A stretch of 63,587 nucleotides of DNA, the filler included, from Choristocarpus tenellus KU-1152 (lineage: Eukaryota > Protista > Phaeophyceae), in the NCBI GenBank assembly GCA_964200185.2. It is 9 parts of 9 records of this genome, joined end to end, with 100 filler letters (N's around TTAATTAATTAA, not from the genome) between each part and the next. Parts side by side here need not be neighbours in the genome. Positions count along the whole stretch, not along the records: positions 1 to 21,135 come from CAXNAD020000361.1; positions 21,236 to 25,382 come from CAXNAD020015978.1; positions 25,483 to 36,942 come from CAXNAD020002303.1; 6 more parts are not named here. One strand, written 5' to 3'. The notes below the pieces were generated by a model, which made no database searches, had not been told where the DNA came from, and saw only the letters and a program-made list of their open reading frames with translations. Positions 13,857-27,139 of this stretch are shown in pieces. The stretch's first letter is position 1; each line of letters opens with the position of its first letter. The translations under genes and the position numbers were made by a program.

Positions 13857-14011
13857 GGCTCAAAATATTTGTGGGGGGAGAGGGGGATCTACACCACGGT
13901 GTCCATTCGGGCCCTGACAAGGAAAAGTGCACTTACATTATCCATCCGACACATGTAACCGATTCACCCAAAATCGCGACATAAAAAATGGGTCCCGAAT
14001 GGACAATCGCC

Positions 14012-14047
<36 letters not shown>

Positions 14048-14213
14048 ACTCCCTTTCCCTCCTCTTTTTTTTTTTTTCTCTTTTTTTTCTTTGTTCGGTG
14101 NNNNNNNNNNCCAATCAAATGTAACCCAAACCCCCCAAAACCGCAAAAAAAAAAAGGGGCCCCAAAGGCCAAACCCCCCCCCCCCCCCCCCCCCCCCCTA
14201 GATACTTTGAGCC
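13857..14213 (+). mobile_element. MITE family B copy (spans a 10-N gap and low-quality homopolymer sequence)
   Basis: ggctcaaaatatt ... agatactttgagcc, TSD TGT, internal aagtgcacttacattatccatccgac. Confidence 0.75.
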
Positions 14214-16635
14214 TGTTGCATTCGTCTGTGCTTTATCATTGCTTCTGTATCATGGTTAAAGGGGTGGTGAGGTGGAGGGAATCGAAAGGTACTAGATTTC
14301 AGTCGCATTGTTTGTGTTTGGTGTTGGAAAAGGACTGTAAGTTGGGTGAAGCTTTGCTATCATTGTTGTGCTATCTTGATTGGCTGTAGTGGAGAAAATT
14401 GAGAAAGAATGCACAAAATGGTCTAGGCAGCGATTTTTTTTTTTATCAATGTTGTTGCCGTGGCTGCAAAGCCTTCGGATGAAACAGATTCTTCCAGCAG
14501 GCACATAGGACTCATCTGGTTTTGTGGTCTTGTGTGTCAGATGATGTTGTAGCACGAGAGGCATGGTCCAGAGGGCACAGGCGCTGACTGTATGAGGAGT
14601 ATAAGAATCTACTATCTCTGGTCCCGGTTAGTTGCAGTACCGATGTATTGCCGAGTAGTGTTATTTTCTGGCATATGAGGGATGAAATATGCGCACCATG
14701 AGGATGACATAGTGTGATACTTCCAGAGTACAGTAATTGCTTGCACATCACACGTTTCGAATATCTCTTGCATCTCCCGTAACCCCCTGCAGCACTAGAT
14801 AGGAAGAAGTGACTCCCGGCTGGTTCGAAATTCATCCCTCCATATAATATACTACACCTTGACCTTAATGTCCATTTTATACCATTGCTACTGGTGATGT
14901 ACTTGCTGCCTTTTGTTACACACAGCTCAAAGCAATATATAGCCGAAAAGACTCCAAGGTCTGGGGCGTTCACCACGTCCACATCAAGGCATAACTTTCC
15001 CACCCAGTCACCACCTCCTCGGGGATTGCCACTTGCCCCCACTTTGGTGAGGAGAGGATTGGACGGCAGTCCTCCTGGGTCTCATGTGTGATTAATCTTG
15101 GGGAGTTCCCATGAGAGTATGTAAAACCAGCGTTGCAATGTAGATGCGATTTAGTCGTTTGAAGATTAATAGTGCTTGTAAAATATGATCCGAGGGGGTA
15201 GGAGACATGGTACAAATGCATTTGTCGTGCAGGAATCCTTCACGCCCCTAATTTTGTTGTTATCACTGGCTCGGAAATTGCTCTCTGCAGTATGTGTAGT
15301 GTTGGGCTGGTAGTTCTCGTGGGGGCTTCTTGTTTTTGGGGGGGACTAAGAATAAGTATCACACCAAAAAAAGACCCCAAAAACATTTACTATATTTGGT
15401 TGGCTTGGTGGGGGTGGTGGTGGTGATAGTTATTTCCTGAACAAGAAGCAAAATCAGGCAGCTTTTGTAACTGTCTGTATATGAGGTTGTATCTGTGTAT
15501 GAGGTTGTATCTGTGGGGGTGGGACGAGTGTAGAGTGAACAAGTAGCACACTATATAAATGGGTATGTCCAGGCGAAGGGGTGTTTTTTGGGTAACATCC
15601 CACTTTGTTGAAGGGTGGTGTTGTCTCAGCTTTGACGTGTGCCCACATCACAGTGTGAGAATGGCGGTGACGCACGCTTGTTGTGACAACAGTTTCCCTC
15701 ATTTGTCTTTGTGTCTTGTCTGTTTTTACATGTTTTCAAGGAGGGAGAACTAGTGTAGCTTCAGTAGTTCATTCTTGGCTGATGTTTTGAATCATCGTAG
15801 TTGTTTTCCTGTAGTTGTTTAGTTTACAGTTATTTGTAGGTGTTTGTGCTACAAGATGTGTACTAGCATTAGCTCCTTAGTCAGAGTGTTGTAGATGATA
15901 AATGATGGCACTGACAGGGAATTAATATGTGCTGTGTGCACTGCAGCACTCACCCTTTATGAAACCTTCTGTGGAGGCTACTTCAGTCATTCACTCCTCA
16001 AAAGGCCTTCTGTGTGGTGGGTTTTGTATTTTTTTGTGTTCATTGTGACCTAGGACGTCCTTGTGTCAACATGGTGATTTCCTTGTTGTTAATGCACATT
16101 ATATGCCCTGTGGCTGGTGCGCCAAGTACTGTTTCCCCCAGTGCAGTAGACTGTAGATGTTGAAGGTCGTTCACCATGTTGGCCCCCCACCAAGATTTTG
16201 TGTCTTACATTGTTTAAACGTGTGTGTATGTGATGATATATACAGTGCTGTCCTGTGTGCCAATATAACTGGCCACAGAAAAATCAGCACCCTCGTAGGC
16301 CCATGGAGAGCAGATTTGGCATTACCCTACAAAGTGCGATACTAGGTAGTACGTAATGCGACTGAGAGTGGGATATTGATGCTCTACCATTGGGTGATGT
16401 TTTTTTTTGTTGGTTAGTCATTAGGTACACATTTAGGAGGGAAGAGGGTGCTATGCCACCTTATATTGCACATTGAGGTCGCTGAGCGTGTACACCATAC
16501 AACTAGTTGTAGACAAGGTGGGACAAGTCAGTTGTGTTCCTATGCGCCCCCATCTTCTTCTTCAGATGCGATTGAGTTGAACATGGTCACGGTTCAGTGT
16601 CTCTCTCTCCAATGCCTCGTGCTTAAATAATACCA

Positions 16636-16916
16636 GAGTCAAAGTATCTTAGAGGGTACAGCCGCGTCCATTTGGGGGCCAAACTCCGATGTTGCGATTT
16701 TTATGTAATTTCAGAGATCGGAAGAACCTATCATAGTAATCTAGAAAGTGTCAATATCCTTGTTTCGGAAACACCTTTTCATAATGTATGCATTTTACCT
16801 ATATATATATTCCGAAATATTTTGGAGTAGGAAAGTGTCATAAAAAAAAACCAGGGAAGCCAAGCCCCAAATGGACTAACAGGGCAAAACTTGTACCCTC
16901 TAAGATACTTTCACTC
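16636..16916 (+). mobile_element. MITE family A copy
   Basis: gagtcaaagtatcttagagggtac ... gtaccctctaagatactttcactc, TSD ACCA. Confidence 0.9.
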
Positions 16917-19831
16917 ACCAGTCGTCTTCTACTTCGAGCTACTTAAGTGAGAAGCCTGAGTGGTTGGTTTGGAGACCCCTGCCTGACTAACACGTCAAGA
17001 TTATTATGTTGCTGGTCTGAGCTCAAGTAGCTTACTTATATTGATCCCTATCAATAATCTGGAGAAGCAAACGATTTTGCCAGGCTGTAACGTCCATTGT
17101 CAGGATAAACCTTGGAGTCATTTCGTGTATGTCTGTTATCCAGCACAATGCCCAGGACCATCTATCTAATCCTTAATATCTCTTGTTCACAATATGCCCG
17201 CTCATGCCGCTCGTTGTCTAGGAATAAACTTATGAACATTTGCTGTGAACTGCATGTAATCGAGACAATTCCTGTGTGTTCATTTCCATCAAAACATCCA
17301 CTGTAGGGACGATGGTTGGAAGAAATTGCTCTGTAACATATGTTATCTGGACAATGCTTTGTCATGTACAATACCTGAGGATTAAGTTGTGCTACGTAAG
17401 TGTTCGCTGCTCGAGGTTTATTATCATCTCCATAGATGCGCTATGCTCTGGGGACAGGAAGGGCCAAAGGGGTCCTCACTGACAGGAAAAATGAAACACC
17501 TTTGGGCAATCGGTTCCGTTTCAGCATGGTGACTCAAGCTCTACTCTGCAGGATGTGGCGAAAGCAACAACACTGCGTTGAAAAAGTCAAGATGAAGTAG
17601 GCAGGGAATTAGACACTACTGGCAGGAAGAGATTCACTATAAAAAATATTAATAGAAGTAGCAAAAAAAATGAACAAGTGATTTTTTTCTAGGGCGTTTC
17701 ATCAGGTTGGCAAATTAAAATGGTTCCGTTCACCAGACGGTCCCACAATTGTTTGTCATGTCCCAATCCATGTCCACTAGGGATTAAACCGGCTCATGTC
17801 CACCGGGCAGATCGGGTCTAACATCGTCGAACATATCGGCACCATGTGTCCACTGAGTATTGTACTGGACCATGTCCGCCGACTGGAAAGGATCTAACAT
17901 TCTCTGGACCATGTCCATTGCCCAGTCTAACTTTTTTTCTAGCATGTCCACACAATGCCCACTACCTGTTGCATTAGTCCAACCATCAAAGTTCCCTTGG
18001 TTACTCCATGTGAAAAATCAAGGTGCACAAAATGTTGTTGAAGGCTAATTATGTGCATAACATGAACATCTACACATCTCCCTATTATGTATCTACAATG
18101 ACAATTTTGTTTTGCTCACGAATTCTGGATTATTATTCTTTTATTCTACGTTTAATTCCTCCCTATTCCCTCTTCTCCCCACATTCTAACAACCCTTGTG
18201 ACCAACCAGTGCGACCTCTTCACCACCGATTTGCTGTCACCCCCCCCTATCTGATGACCAACCAGTGCGACCCCTTTCGCCACTGATTTCCGGTCTCTAC
18301 CACCCCTTTCAACCCCACCCCAGTTACCACTTCAGTCAACCCCACCCCACTTACCACTCCACCACACCATTCAACACAACTCAACACCACTCCACAATCA
18401 TCCACGAACTCTCCTTCATCATCCCCTTTATGCCGTGCCTTTGAGCTAGCAGACATCTACCCCGCCCGAACTTGACCTCCCCTCCCACCCTGAGATCCAA
18501 GTCGGTCGTGAGAAAGCGACAGGGCGGGTGGGCGGGAAAGCTTGCTCGGGGGTCCTCTTGATCTAGCCCTCCACATCTTGTCACCCCAGCCTTAGGTTTC
18601 CTCTTCGATTCAATACTGTTCATTCCTTCTCCCCTTGTGCCTCCGTCTGCCACCTATTTTCTTAACCACTCAATCTTTAACTCTTCGTTCCCTCCTTAAT
18701 ACGTTTTTTTCTTTACTCTCCCCTTCCTTGCCTTGTGCCTCCAACCAACCAGAATTCTTCCGCCCACAAAACACATATTACTTCATAAACGTTCCCATTA
18801 TTAGGAGGCATGTATCCATGTAACTAACTACTTCACGCCATTCCCCAAAACACATTTCTAGTGACTAGGGGTTAAGTTTTTGATACACTCAACATACGAA
18901 GGGTCTCAAAACGTCACCACTTTATGGAGTGTAGGGTATTTTGTACAATGAATAGATATCGATTAAAAAATAAATAAATAGATGCGTTCTTATCTCATCT
19001 GTTTAAATTTTCTGCACTGTAAAAAAACACTTTGAAGGATCCAATACTTCTGTATGTACAACAGAAGTAATATCAGCACTCTTAATATACACCCTAAAAA
19101 TACCTCTTAAAATGTTACTTTTTGTAAGTCAAAGAAGATACTGAAATAGACTATTATAGATCACATCCTGATTTCATACAAGGCTTGAACTATGCCGTAT
19201 TTCCATTTCGACTCGTGCAATACTCAATTCCCTACACCACAGTCAAACAGTCCGAGAACAGTGCAAGTCACGATGATGAACCACTTAAAATCTGAAACGG
19301 TTGGTGAGGGAAGGAGGTCGAAGAAGGTTCAATACTGTTACACTGAATGGATCAAAGTGGTAAGTTCAGATTCAATTCTTCCCCTATATTAAAGCTTCAT
19401 TTCGAGCCACGCAGCACTCCAATTATTAACAGGGGATTTCAAAAATTGAGGATGGAGCTTTCATTGAGGATGAGCTTGACCCAAAATTGACTGGGAGAAA
19501 GTGTCGATATGTTTATTTGTATTTACGATAATAGTAGTAATTAGGGTGGATGTCGAACTGGGAACAATGACCATTTTGTGGCTAGCTCGAGTGCATGCTA
19601 ACTGGCTGGTCCAGTGGAACGCCTTGATTCTATCAAAATACAAGAAAAGCTTCCATCAATCTTTGCAGTTAGTATGTCTTGGTTCTGGGCTGTGGGTAAG
19701 GGCTGCCGGCTTGTGACCTACACATGTTAAAACAGTTGTAAGTCACGGATCAGCCCTGTTAGAATATATCGGTACTGTGTCCACCTACAGTCCAGTCATG
19801 TTGAAACAATTGACAATCACGGACTGCTGCA

Positions 19832-20208
19832 GTGCACAGGGGAACTCTCCCTCCCTGTCCTTGTAATATATTTTTTCCACCTTTTCGCAAGCAATTTTTA
19901 ATAACCTAACCCTATCTCTAACCCTAATCCTAATTTGTTTGCAGAAAATATCCCTAACCAGGAAAGGAAACATTCTAGAAGTGGTGGAGTATTGTGTGCA
20001 CTGGGGAACCACAAACTCTCAAGGATCCACCACTTCTCACTTTTTAACACTCACTTTCGAAAATCCAACCAACCCTAAATCTAACCGTAACCTGTGTGAG
20101 AAAAATAGTACCCAAGCTTTGTTCAAAGAAGTGAAAGTGAAAAAATAATGACAGTGGGGGTTCCCCGAGGACAATGGGGGTTCCCAAAGATAGGGGGGCT
20201 CCCCTGTA
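19832..20208 (+). repeat. Two adjacent family D-like repeats with CCCTAA-like cores
   Basis: 19832-19984 is an inverted homologue of 3358-3506. 19996-20208 starts gtgcactggggaacc, ends gggctcccctgtac (a short imperfect TIR), and has a degenerate (CTAACC)n centre. Confidence 0.55.
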
Positions 20209-21135
20209 CATTTCACCACCCTTGTCAAAACATTAGCACGAGGCAGGCTCACAGCCTGGCCATGAGTAACAAGAATTTTGAATGGATTGGCCTGGACAAA
20301 TATGTCCCAAACAATCCCCAAGTAAATGTGTATATTTCTTTGGCCACCATCTTATCGGCAGAGTGATGTTATAAAACTATGTTCAAACAGGGAAGCATTT
20401 TAACCATCTATGTATCCTTCAATATAGCCCCAGGACAGTCCTATCCTGATACAATCCCTGGTGAATCCGGTCTGAACAAGTCATAAAACATTTGAACATG
20501 GACCGAACAGGTTCCGATACTTGGTACACCCGATGGGGACACCACGTCACGTCAAAAAAACAAAAAAAAAACACTGTATTAAAAAAAAAACTGTTGTACA
20601 TGTAATATTAAGTGCCGACTTCTAGGATATGATAAGGTTTGGCTGTGCCAAAGAAAAAGGCATGAAGCGAAACCAAAATGGTCTCACCTGCTACAACCAG
20701 CCAGGAGGAAAACAAATAGTTCTGAAAACATGCAGTAGCATCAGAGAGGTATAACGACACCCATTGCTGGATGCATCATCTAGCCCGACGACCACCTCAA
20801 CCACACCTAAAAAGTAATATCATCAAATTCACGTCTCGGCCTTGCTCTTTTGAATATGTTCTGTTCTTCGTTTTTACCTGTCTCCCCCAACATCCAAATC
20901 CATTGTTGAATAGCTGGACTGCGCCAGGTTATGCACCTGTACCTCAAACTCCCACTAGGTACCAACGAGAAGGGTCAGGTACCGGTCCAGGATGAGAACT
21001 CTTCTTCACCATCACCCCAGGAACGTCCGGGGCGCCACGGAGAGGAAGGAGATGGGCTACTGCCATCCACTATCGTAAACGGCCCTCTTTGCTCAACAGA
21101 GCCTTCATCACTGAACCCAGGTGAGGCCACTACAC

Positions 21136-21235
21136 NNNNNNNNNNNNNNNNNNNNNNNNNNNNNNNNNNNNNNNNNNNNTTAATTAATTAANNNNNNNNN
21201 NNNNNNNNNNNNNNNNNNNNNNNNNNNNNNNNNNN
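21136..21235. other. Artificial contig linker N44-TTAATTAATTAA-N44 (also 25383-25482, 36943-37042, 42739-42838, 48257-48356, 51900-51999, 55492-55591, 59160-59259)
   Basis: An identical 100-nt block occurs 8 times. The 12-mer puts stop codons in all six frames. Confidence 0.98.
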
Positions 21236-21335
21236 GAAGCCTTGAGCTCCTCCACGCCCTTGGGTAATATGCCTTCCAAGCCTTTTTTTTATGTTTCGAC
21301 CGCCCCCCCCCCCCCTGCCCCCCTCATTTATTCAG

Positions 21336-24300
21336 GTGCGGGTTGCCAAGGACATTGCTGTTCAGATGTGTGATGTTCTCGACGGGGGAGAGTATGTGGG
21401 AGTTCTCAATGCTCCCAATATGGCGTTTGCCCGAAAGTCTCGGCTGACTCCCTTCGTGTCTCTTGGGGAAAAGATGGGGGCCCTTCATGCACAACTTCTG
21501 GGGCCTGGCAAGGTCGGTGAATGTAAACCTCGACTGTTTTTGGAGTGTGTAATGTTCCAGTGTGCAGCTTTTATGTTATTTTTTTATTTAATTGTCTGAG
21601 ATTTGTTATCCCTGATGGTGTGTGTATGTGTGATGGAGACAAGTTGGGTGACAGGGCGATTTATTTTACAGGTTGCAGAACTTGTATCTTTTGGTAAGCA
21701 GAAAGGTTTTGCGTGTGGGGTCTTCAGTTAGTTGGGTGATTGCTAGAGGTGCGGTCGGTGATTCTACTTGGTGAACAGGGTGGATACAGTTCATAGTGGT
21801 GCCTGGGAGTGGTGGTAGAGGAGTAGTAGTAGGTGTTTTGATGTCCTGCAGGGATGATGTTACTATTACTGTTAGTATTAGTATCATTACTATTGGTAGT
21901 GTTTTGAACGTTATTAATTGTGGTTATATTATTTGTATTAGCAATATTATTATGAATATTATTTATTGTGATTGTATTATTTGTATTAGTGTTATTGCTA
22001 TTATAATTATTAATGTTACTAATTGTGGTTATATTATTTGTATTTGTCTGAGGAGTCCTGGACACGCACTTGAGAAAAAATATAATATATGATGTGTATG
22101 TATGTATGCATGTATGATGATGAAGATTATTCCCAGATATCTTTTTTTTTTCCTAACCCTAACCCTAACCCAAAATGTATTTTCATTGCCTATGTGGGAT
22201 TATATATATTTTTTGTAGGTTCGAAGTCTTAAGATCACACTACACGGAACGGATCTTGCCGTGTCAGAAATGACTGGGCCTATGTCTGCAGCAGTGCTGA
22301 AGGGGGCTCTCAACCACCTCCTTGTCCAGGAGGTGAGTGCACAGAGAGAAAAGGGGATAGGATAGCATCGTTCCCAACAGGTTAACAGAGGGCTTTAGAA
22401 TGTACTTCGGAGGGGGGGGGAAGGAAGAGGGTTATGCGAAAGGAGTTTGTGTATAATTGGCTTTAGTCTAAATGCTTTTTTTTTTTTGTGGTGTTGTATG
22501 TGTATTGCATTCCCTTTTTTTTAGTTGAATGATGGTAACACCTTCCTGATTCATGCCAATTTCTTGATTGTCGATGGGAGTGCCACGGGCTTTGCTGCTG
22601 TTGTTGCCGGTTGTTTGATCCATTTGCTCTTGTCTTTGCTTTATGTGTCAGGTGAATTATGTGAACGCAGTGGCTCTTGCCAAGGAGTCGGGACTGGCCA
22701 TTGAGGTTGCCTTCTCAGACAGGGACCCGAAGGGCTACAACAATGGCCTTAGCGTGGAGCTTGAGATAGATGGTGTGCTCAATGGGCGCCGGATGGTGAG
22801 TTAAGAGGATTGGGTGTTGGTGGGAGAGAAGGAGGGCGTTTTTTCTTGTACGAATTGAGTTGTGGGGGAGGAGGTAGGGTAGGGAGTGTGAGTGGTGTTG
22901 ACTTGGTATTGATTTGTGTCTGTGTGTGTGTGTTTTTTTTCTTTGTTATGGATATTTTTTTATGTACCTTAAGGATGAGGCAAGGTAAGTTGTGAGGTGT
23001 CTCAGGGGTTTAGTTGATTTTGTTCAAGTTGAGGTGCAAGGGTTAGGGTTAGACAATGGGTAGTTCTCCCTGGTGGAAAAAAATGTTTTTATCGTTCATC
23101 AATGAAATTTTATATAAATTAATTATTAATTAAAAATATATATATATATATTTGATGATGATGATGATGTGAGACATTTTCAAGAGATGAACAAACCTTT
23201 CAAAAGTGACTAAATGTGTATGCCAAGAATATATACATAAATACGTACACACACATAATACTACATACATACATGCATGCATACATACATGCATAAATAA
23301 ATAAATAAACACATGTATGTACATACGTGTTTGCTTGCATGGATCAGATGACAGGTACCTGCTTTGGAAGTGATACTCGTATCGTTGAGGTGGATGGATT
23401 GGATATCGACTTCAACCCTTCGGGAAATCTTCTCTTCTTCAATAACCCGGACTCACCCGGGATGCTTCGCTCAGTGGCGGAGATATTGGGAAGGAGTGGG
23501 GTGAGCTGATGGTTGTGTGAAGGACGGGTTTCCTTCAATGGATAAATTGGGTTTCAGTTTTTGAATCAGGCGTTTCGATGGCGTTGGAAGGGGGTCTTGT
23601 GGGTTTAGGAGGGGGTTAGTGTTGGTAGGTGAGTAGGGGGCGTTTTTGGAGGTGAAGAGGTAGAGGTGAACGACATGTGGTGTGTGTGTGTGTGTTTATG
23701 TCAATGTCAGTTATTATGGTGATGTGGAAATTTGGTTTTAGGTTTGTTGGGCGTGGGGAAGGGGAGTGATGATGGGTTGAATTGAATTGCATGTTAGTTT
23801 TGGTTCTTGATTATTGTTTTTGTTGTTTATTGAGCGCGTGGTGTATACTGGGGGGGGGAGGGGTGAGTATTGAGGTAATAGCTGCAACCTTTGTTGAAGT
23901 TTTTGTAGGGGAGGGGGGAATTGAATTTTGATGTGTGTGTGTGTGTGTGTGTGTGCTTGACTGTATGTATGTGATTTTCTATATATATGTGTGTGTGTGT
24001 GTAAATGAAAGTGATGGATACTGTTTATTGGTGTAATGTTTTCTGAGCAGTGTAATGTTTGTAATGTTTAGAACTACAGAAGTGGGTAAGAGTCAATCTC
24101 GCAAGAATGTTTCCCTCGTCTGTTCATAATCTTCTCAGTAGCACTAGTTTTTTTTATGAAACAGATTGTACCCGGCCATAACCCTAACCCTGACTTCCTG
24201 AGAAATATCAATATACCAATATCCCAATATGTAGTAGTAGGTAACTCAACCTCAACCTCACCTGTCCTCCTTCACTCCCTAACCCTCCCCAACTATCATA

Positions 24301-24506
24301 CGTCAACATCTACTTACCACATATTTTATATGATGTCCTGGTCTCTCTCTCTCTCTCTCTCTCTTCAGATCAACATTGCCAGTTTTGCTCTTGGGCGTGT
24401 TCGAACTGGAGGGACTGCCATGAGCTGCCTGAACCTTGATACCCCCTGCCCTGACCACATTGTGGAGGATATCCGCCAGATTCCTGACATTCGAAATGTC
24501 ATGCAG
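21336..24506 (+). CDS. PHGDH: D-3-phosphoglycerate dehydrogenase (type I), C-terminal half with ASB and ACT domains; 5' part outside this contig
   Basis: Phase-0 exons 21336-21512, 22219-22332, 22652-22795, 23348-23500 and 24369-24506 give VRVAKDIAVQMCDVL...GVLNAP...AVLKGAL...VNYVNAVALAKESG...RIVEVDGLDIDFNPSGNLLFFNNPDSPGML..V..ILG..GINIASFALGR...AMSCLNLD. It may read through to a stop at 24533 or splice onward. Confidence 0.92.
21858..22048. repeat. AT-rich low-complexity minisatellite in a PHGDH intron
   Basis: Three degenerate copies of attgtggttatattatttgtatt in a (TAT)n background. This explains the N/T/I-rich spurious ORFs here. Confidence 0.75.
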
Positions 24507-26643
24507 GTCTGTCTCCCTTGCTTTGATAATTGAAATAAAAAAACAGTGTCTTGGTTGTGATCTTTATTTAGTGTATTGTCTGGAGAAAATGAGTTTCCTC
24601 TTTTTGTCAATAATTTAGTGTATCGTAGTTTTACTAGTGTTGATAACTTATTTTTGTGTAGTATTTTCATGAAGTAGATTATAAAAACACATCATTGTCG
24701 CATCTTCTCGTACATACCCCCCCCCCCCCTCCACCTTCCCCCCTCTCCCTAACCCTAGCCCAAGTTTTTGCTGTTGGTAACTATGATGGTGATGTCTTGA
24801 TCACCTCAATTGTGAACGGTGTACTTGCTCTGTATAACGCAAGCGCAAACAATAACTGATGTGAATGGAGGAAGCAGTGAAGGAGGAGGTCTTCGCCTCT
24901 TCTGAGCTATGATCATCTGTCTAGCCCAGCCCGCCTTGCCCCTCTCCGCAATCAAAGGCCGAACCGCCTTCTGTACCCCCTCCAAACCCAGTGTAATGCT
25001 TTTCGGAGCAAAGAGTGAAGGCAAGGAAATATATATATATACTTTGCGATATTTGAACTATGATATCGACCTGTCCTCACCCTGGGAGCTTCCTTTTTAT
25101 TTATTTTGTTATTTTTAGGCTCTTATCTGTAAAATCTGAGTGCGTAAGATATTATATTTTTTTATGACCCGGTGTGACCTTACTAATACTATCACTAATA
25201 GTAATATTGATTAATAATGTAAGATGGTCCCACCCAAAGTAACAATAAAAAAAAGTATGGCTTTTTTTTTTTAGTTTCACATGTTTTTTTCGCAACATTC
25301 TGCTGATGTAGTATCTCAAAAAAGTTATGTGACGTGGGTTCCCCCCGCCCCCCCCCCAACCCCCTCCCTCCCCCCCCCCCTCNNNNNNNNNNNNNNNNNN
25401 NNNNNNNNNNNNNNNNNNNNNNNNNNTTAATTAATTAANNNNNNNNNNNNNNNNNNNNNNNNNNNNNNNNNNNNNNNNNNNNGCGAGGCTCTACCCTCTA
25501 ATATACTTTGGCTCTCCTTCAAGATGCCATTGAGGGGAGGTGAGAACACCAGCCCACCAATGCCACAGACTGCATGGGGAAGCGGTGGGAGGCCTCAGGA
25601 GCACCCTAATAATGGCATGGACGAAAAGGTTCCCACTGTTGGAGGTGAAGGCGCAGGGAAGATAATGGGTACTGCGCCCTTCACCTTTAGGCAGCCAAAG
25701 GTATGCCTCTTTATATAGAAGACGGAATGGCACTTGATAAACAGATGAAGTCTGTTTTGTTTATGAGACCCTCCGTCATTGGGCGGTGCAAGTCCAGTTA
25801 TGGCGTGAAATGGCATTTCTCATTGATCTACAAGCTTAGTCTCGCAAAGAGATAAACGGTTTTCTCCAACAACAATCTACACTGACTGCTTTCCTAGTCA
25901 GTCTTTGGCAAGTGTTTGGAGAGAGTCTAAACACGCTTTGGTAACGGGTTCAATTGAATAACATACCGATTTGATGACATACCGATTTGATGGAGATTTG
26001 GCACATGAACTTCAAATTTTGGCGTCCCACTAGTTGTTGAGTGCCCCTGCCCATAGTGGGCACCCTCATAGCTCCAGGTTTGTTGCTTAGAGTTATCGAT
26101 AACTCTCCCTTGATTAAAATCCCACTTGGTTCTTTGTCGGACCAGCTTGGACATGCATGTCTCACAGAGATGACTTTAAATAATGAAGTGGTTGTAGGTT
26201 GACTGCATCTAGTCATGTGAATGCCTTTTCTTATGTAGTCAATCACAGAAGACTTTGCGCCCAACAGCCTTTAAATATCTTCCTTTATATTATTCATATA
26301 GTATTCATAGGGAAAAGCGATGAGTCCAGCCTCTCATTTTCTCCAACTTGTTTACATCAAGTTTTGATTTCAAAATGATGGAGATACTAGAATTGGGCGG
26401 ATCGGTTACACTGGTTGCTTTTTCACATTGCCTTAACTTAATGTTTGTTCAAGCAGTCTCCTCTAGAGACATCTCAAGTGGGATAAGCACAAGTCATACT
26501 TAAGGACGAATTGAATGCTTTGATTTTGAAGGGAAACGGGCATAAATATGGTCTGGATATATCTGCTCTTGGGTGCCATAACAACAATAAAGTCGTTTGC
26601 TCAAAAGGACCAATCATTCTTGCGTTTTTTCTGCCTGGTTGCT

Positions 26644-26901
26644 GAGTCAAAGTATCTTAGAGGGTAGAGTCGCGTCCTTTTGGGGGGCAAAATGCAATGC
26701 TGAGATTTTGATGTAATTTGACTATTGTAATTGTTAGGAAGTGTCAATATCCTTGTTCCGAACACACCTTTTCACAACGTATACATTCTTCCTACGCTGA
26801 AACATTTCGGAGTAGGAAAATGTCATAAAAAAAACCCTGGGAAGCCAAGCCCCAAATAGACAAACAGGGCAAAATTCATACCCTCTGAAATACTTTCACT
26901 C
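26644..26901 (+). mobile_element. MITE family A copy
   Basis: gagtcaaagtatcttagagggta ... taccctctgaaatactttcactc, TSD TGCT. Confidence 0.9.
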
Positions 26902-27139
26902 TGCTTTTTCAATTAGAGTATGCTACAAACATACTCAGTGCATGAATGAATTCTAGGGGTGTATTCAAAAGGTGTGGATCAACTGGCATGCATATGTCAT
27001 AGTGTCCACTTCACCCCTGGGCCTAAAAGTAGGGCAGAGTTAAGGTGCACCTCTTTCTGTCGACAACCCTACCAAGGAGAGGAATTCCTGCAACTGGGAG
27101 AAATGTCCTTCCTTTGAATTTTTCCATCCCATATCGACC

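Noticed and set aside
13927-14200. Poly-Pro/Gly/Lys ORFs here and at 48305-49090 and 52060-52272
   Set aside because: These are translations of homopolymer runs and low-quality sequence next to gaps.
14512-15042. 176-aa minus-strand ORF
   Set aside because: No recognisable motif or exon structure; probably chance or a decayed repeat.
14213-17610. Candidate terminal exons of the G-alpha gene (e.g. after AG at 14540, 17524 or 17551)
   Set aside because: Several short open exons are possible and none is recognisably G-alpha-like. cDNA is needed.
20688-21135. Minus-strand exons at the contig end
   Set aside because: Plausible splice sites, but the peptide is short, low-complexity and unidentifiable.
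21136-21235. Recurrent TTAATTAATTAA palindrome as a biological motif
   Set aside because: It is always centred in an identical N block, so it is an assembly linker with six-frame stops.
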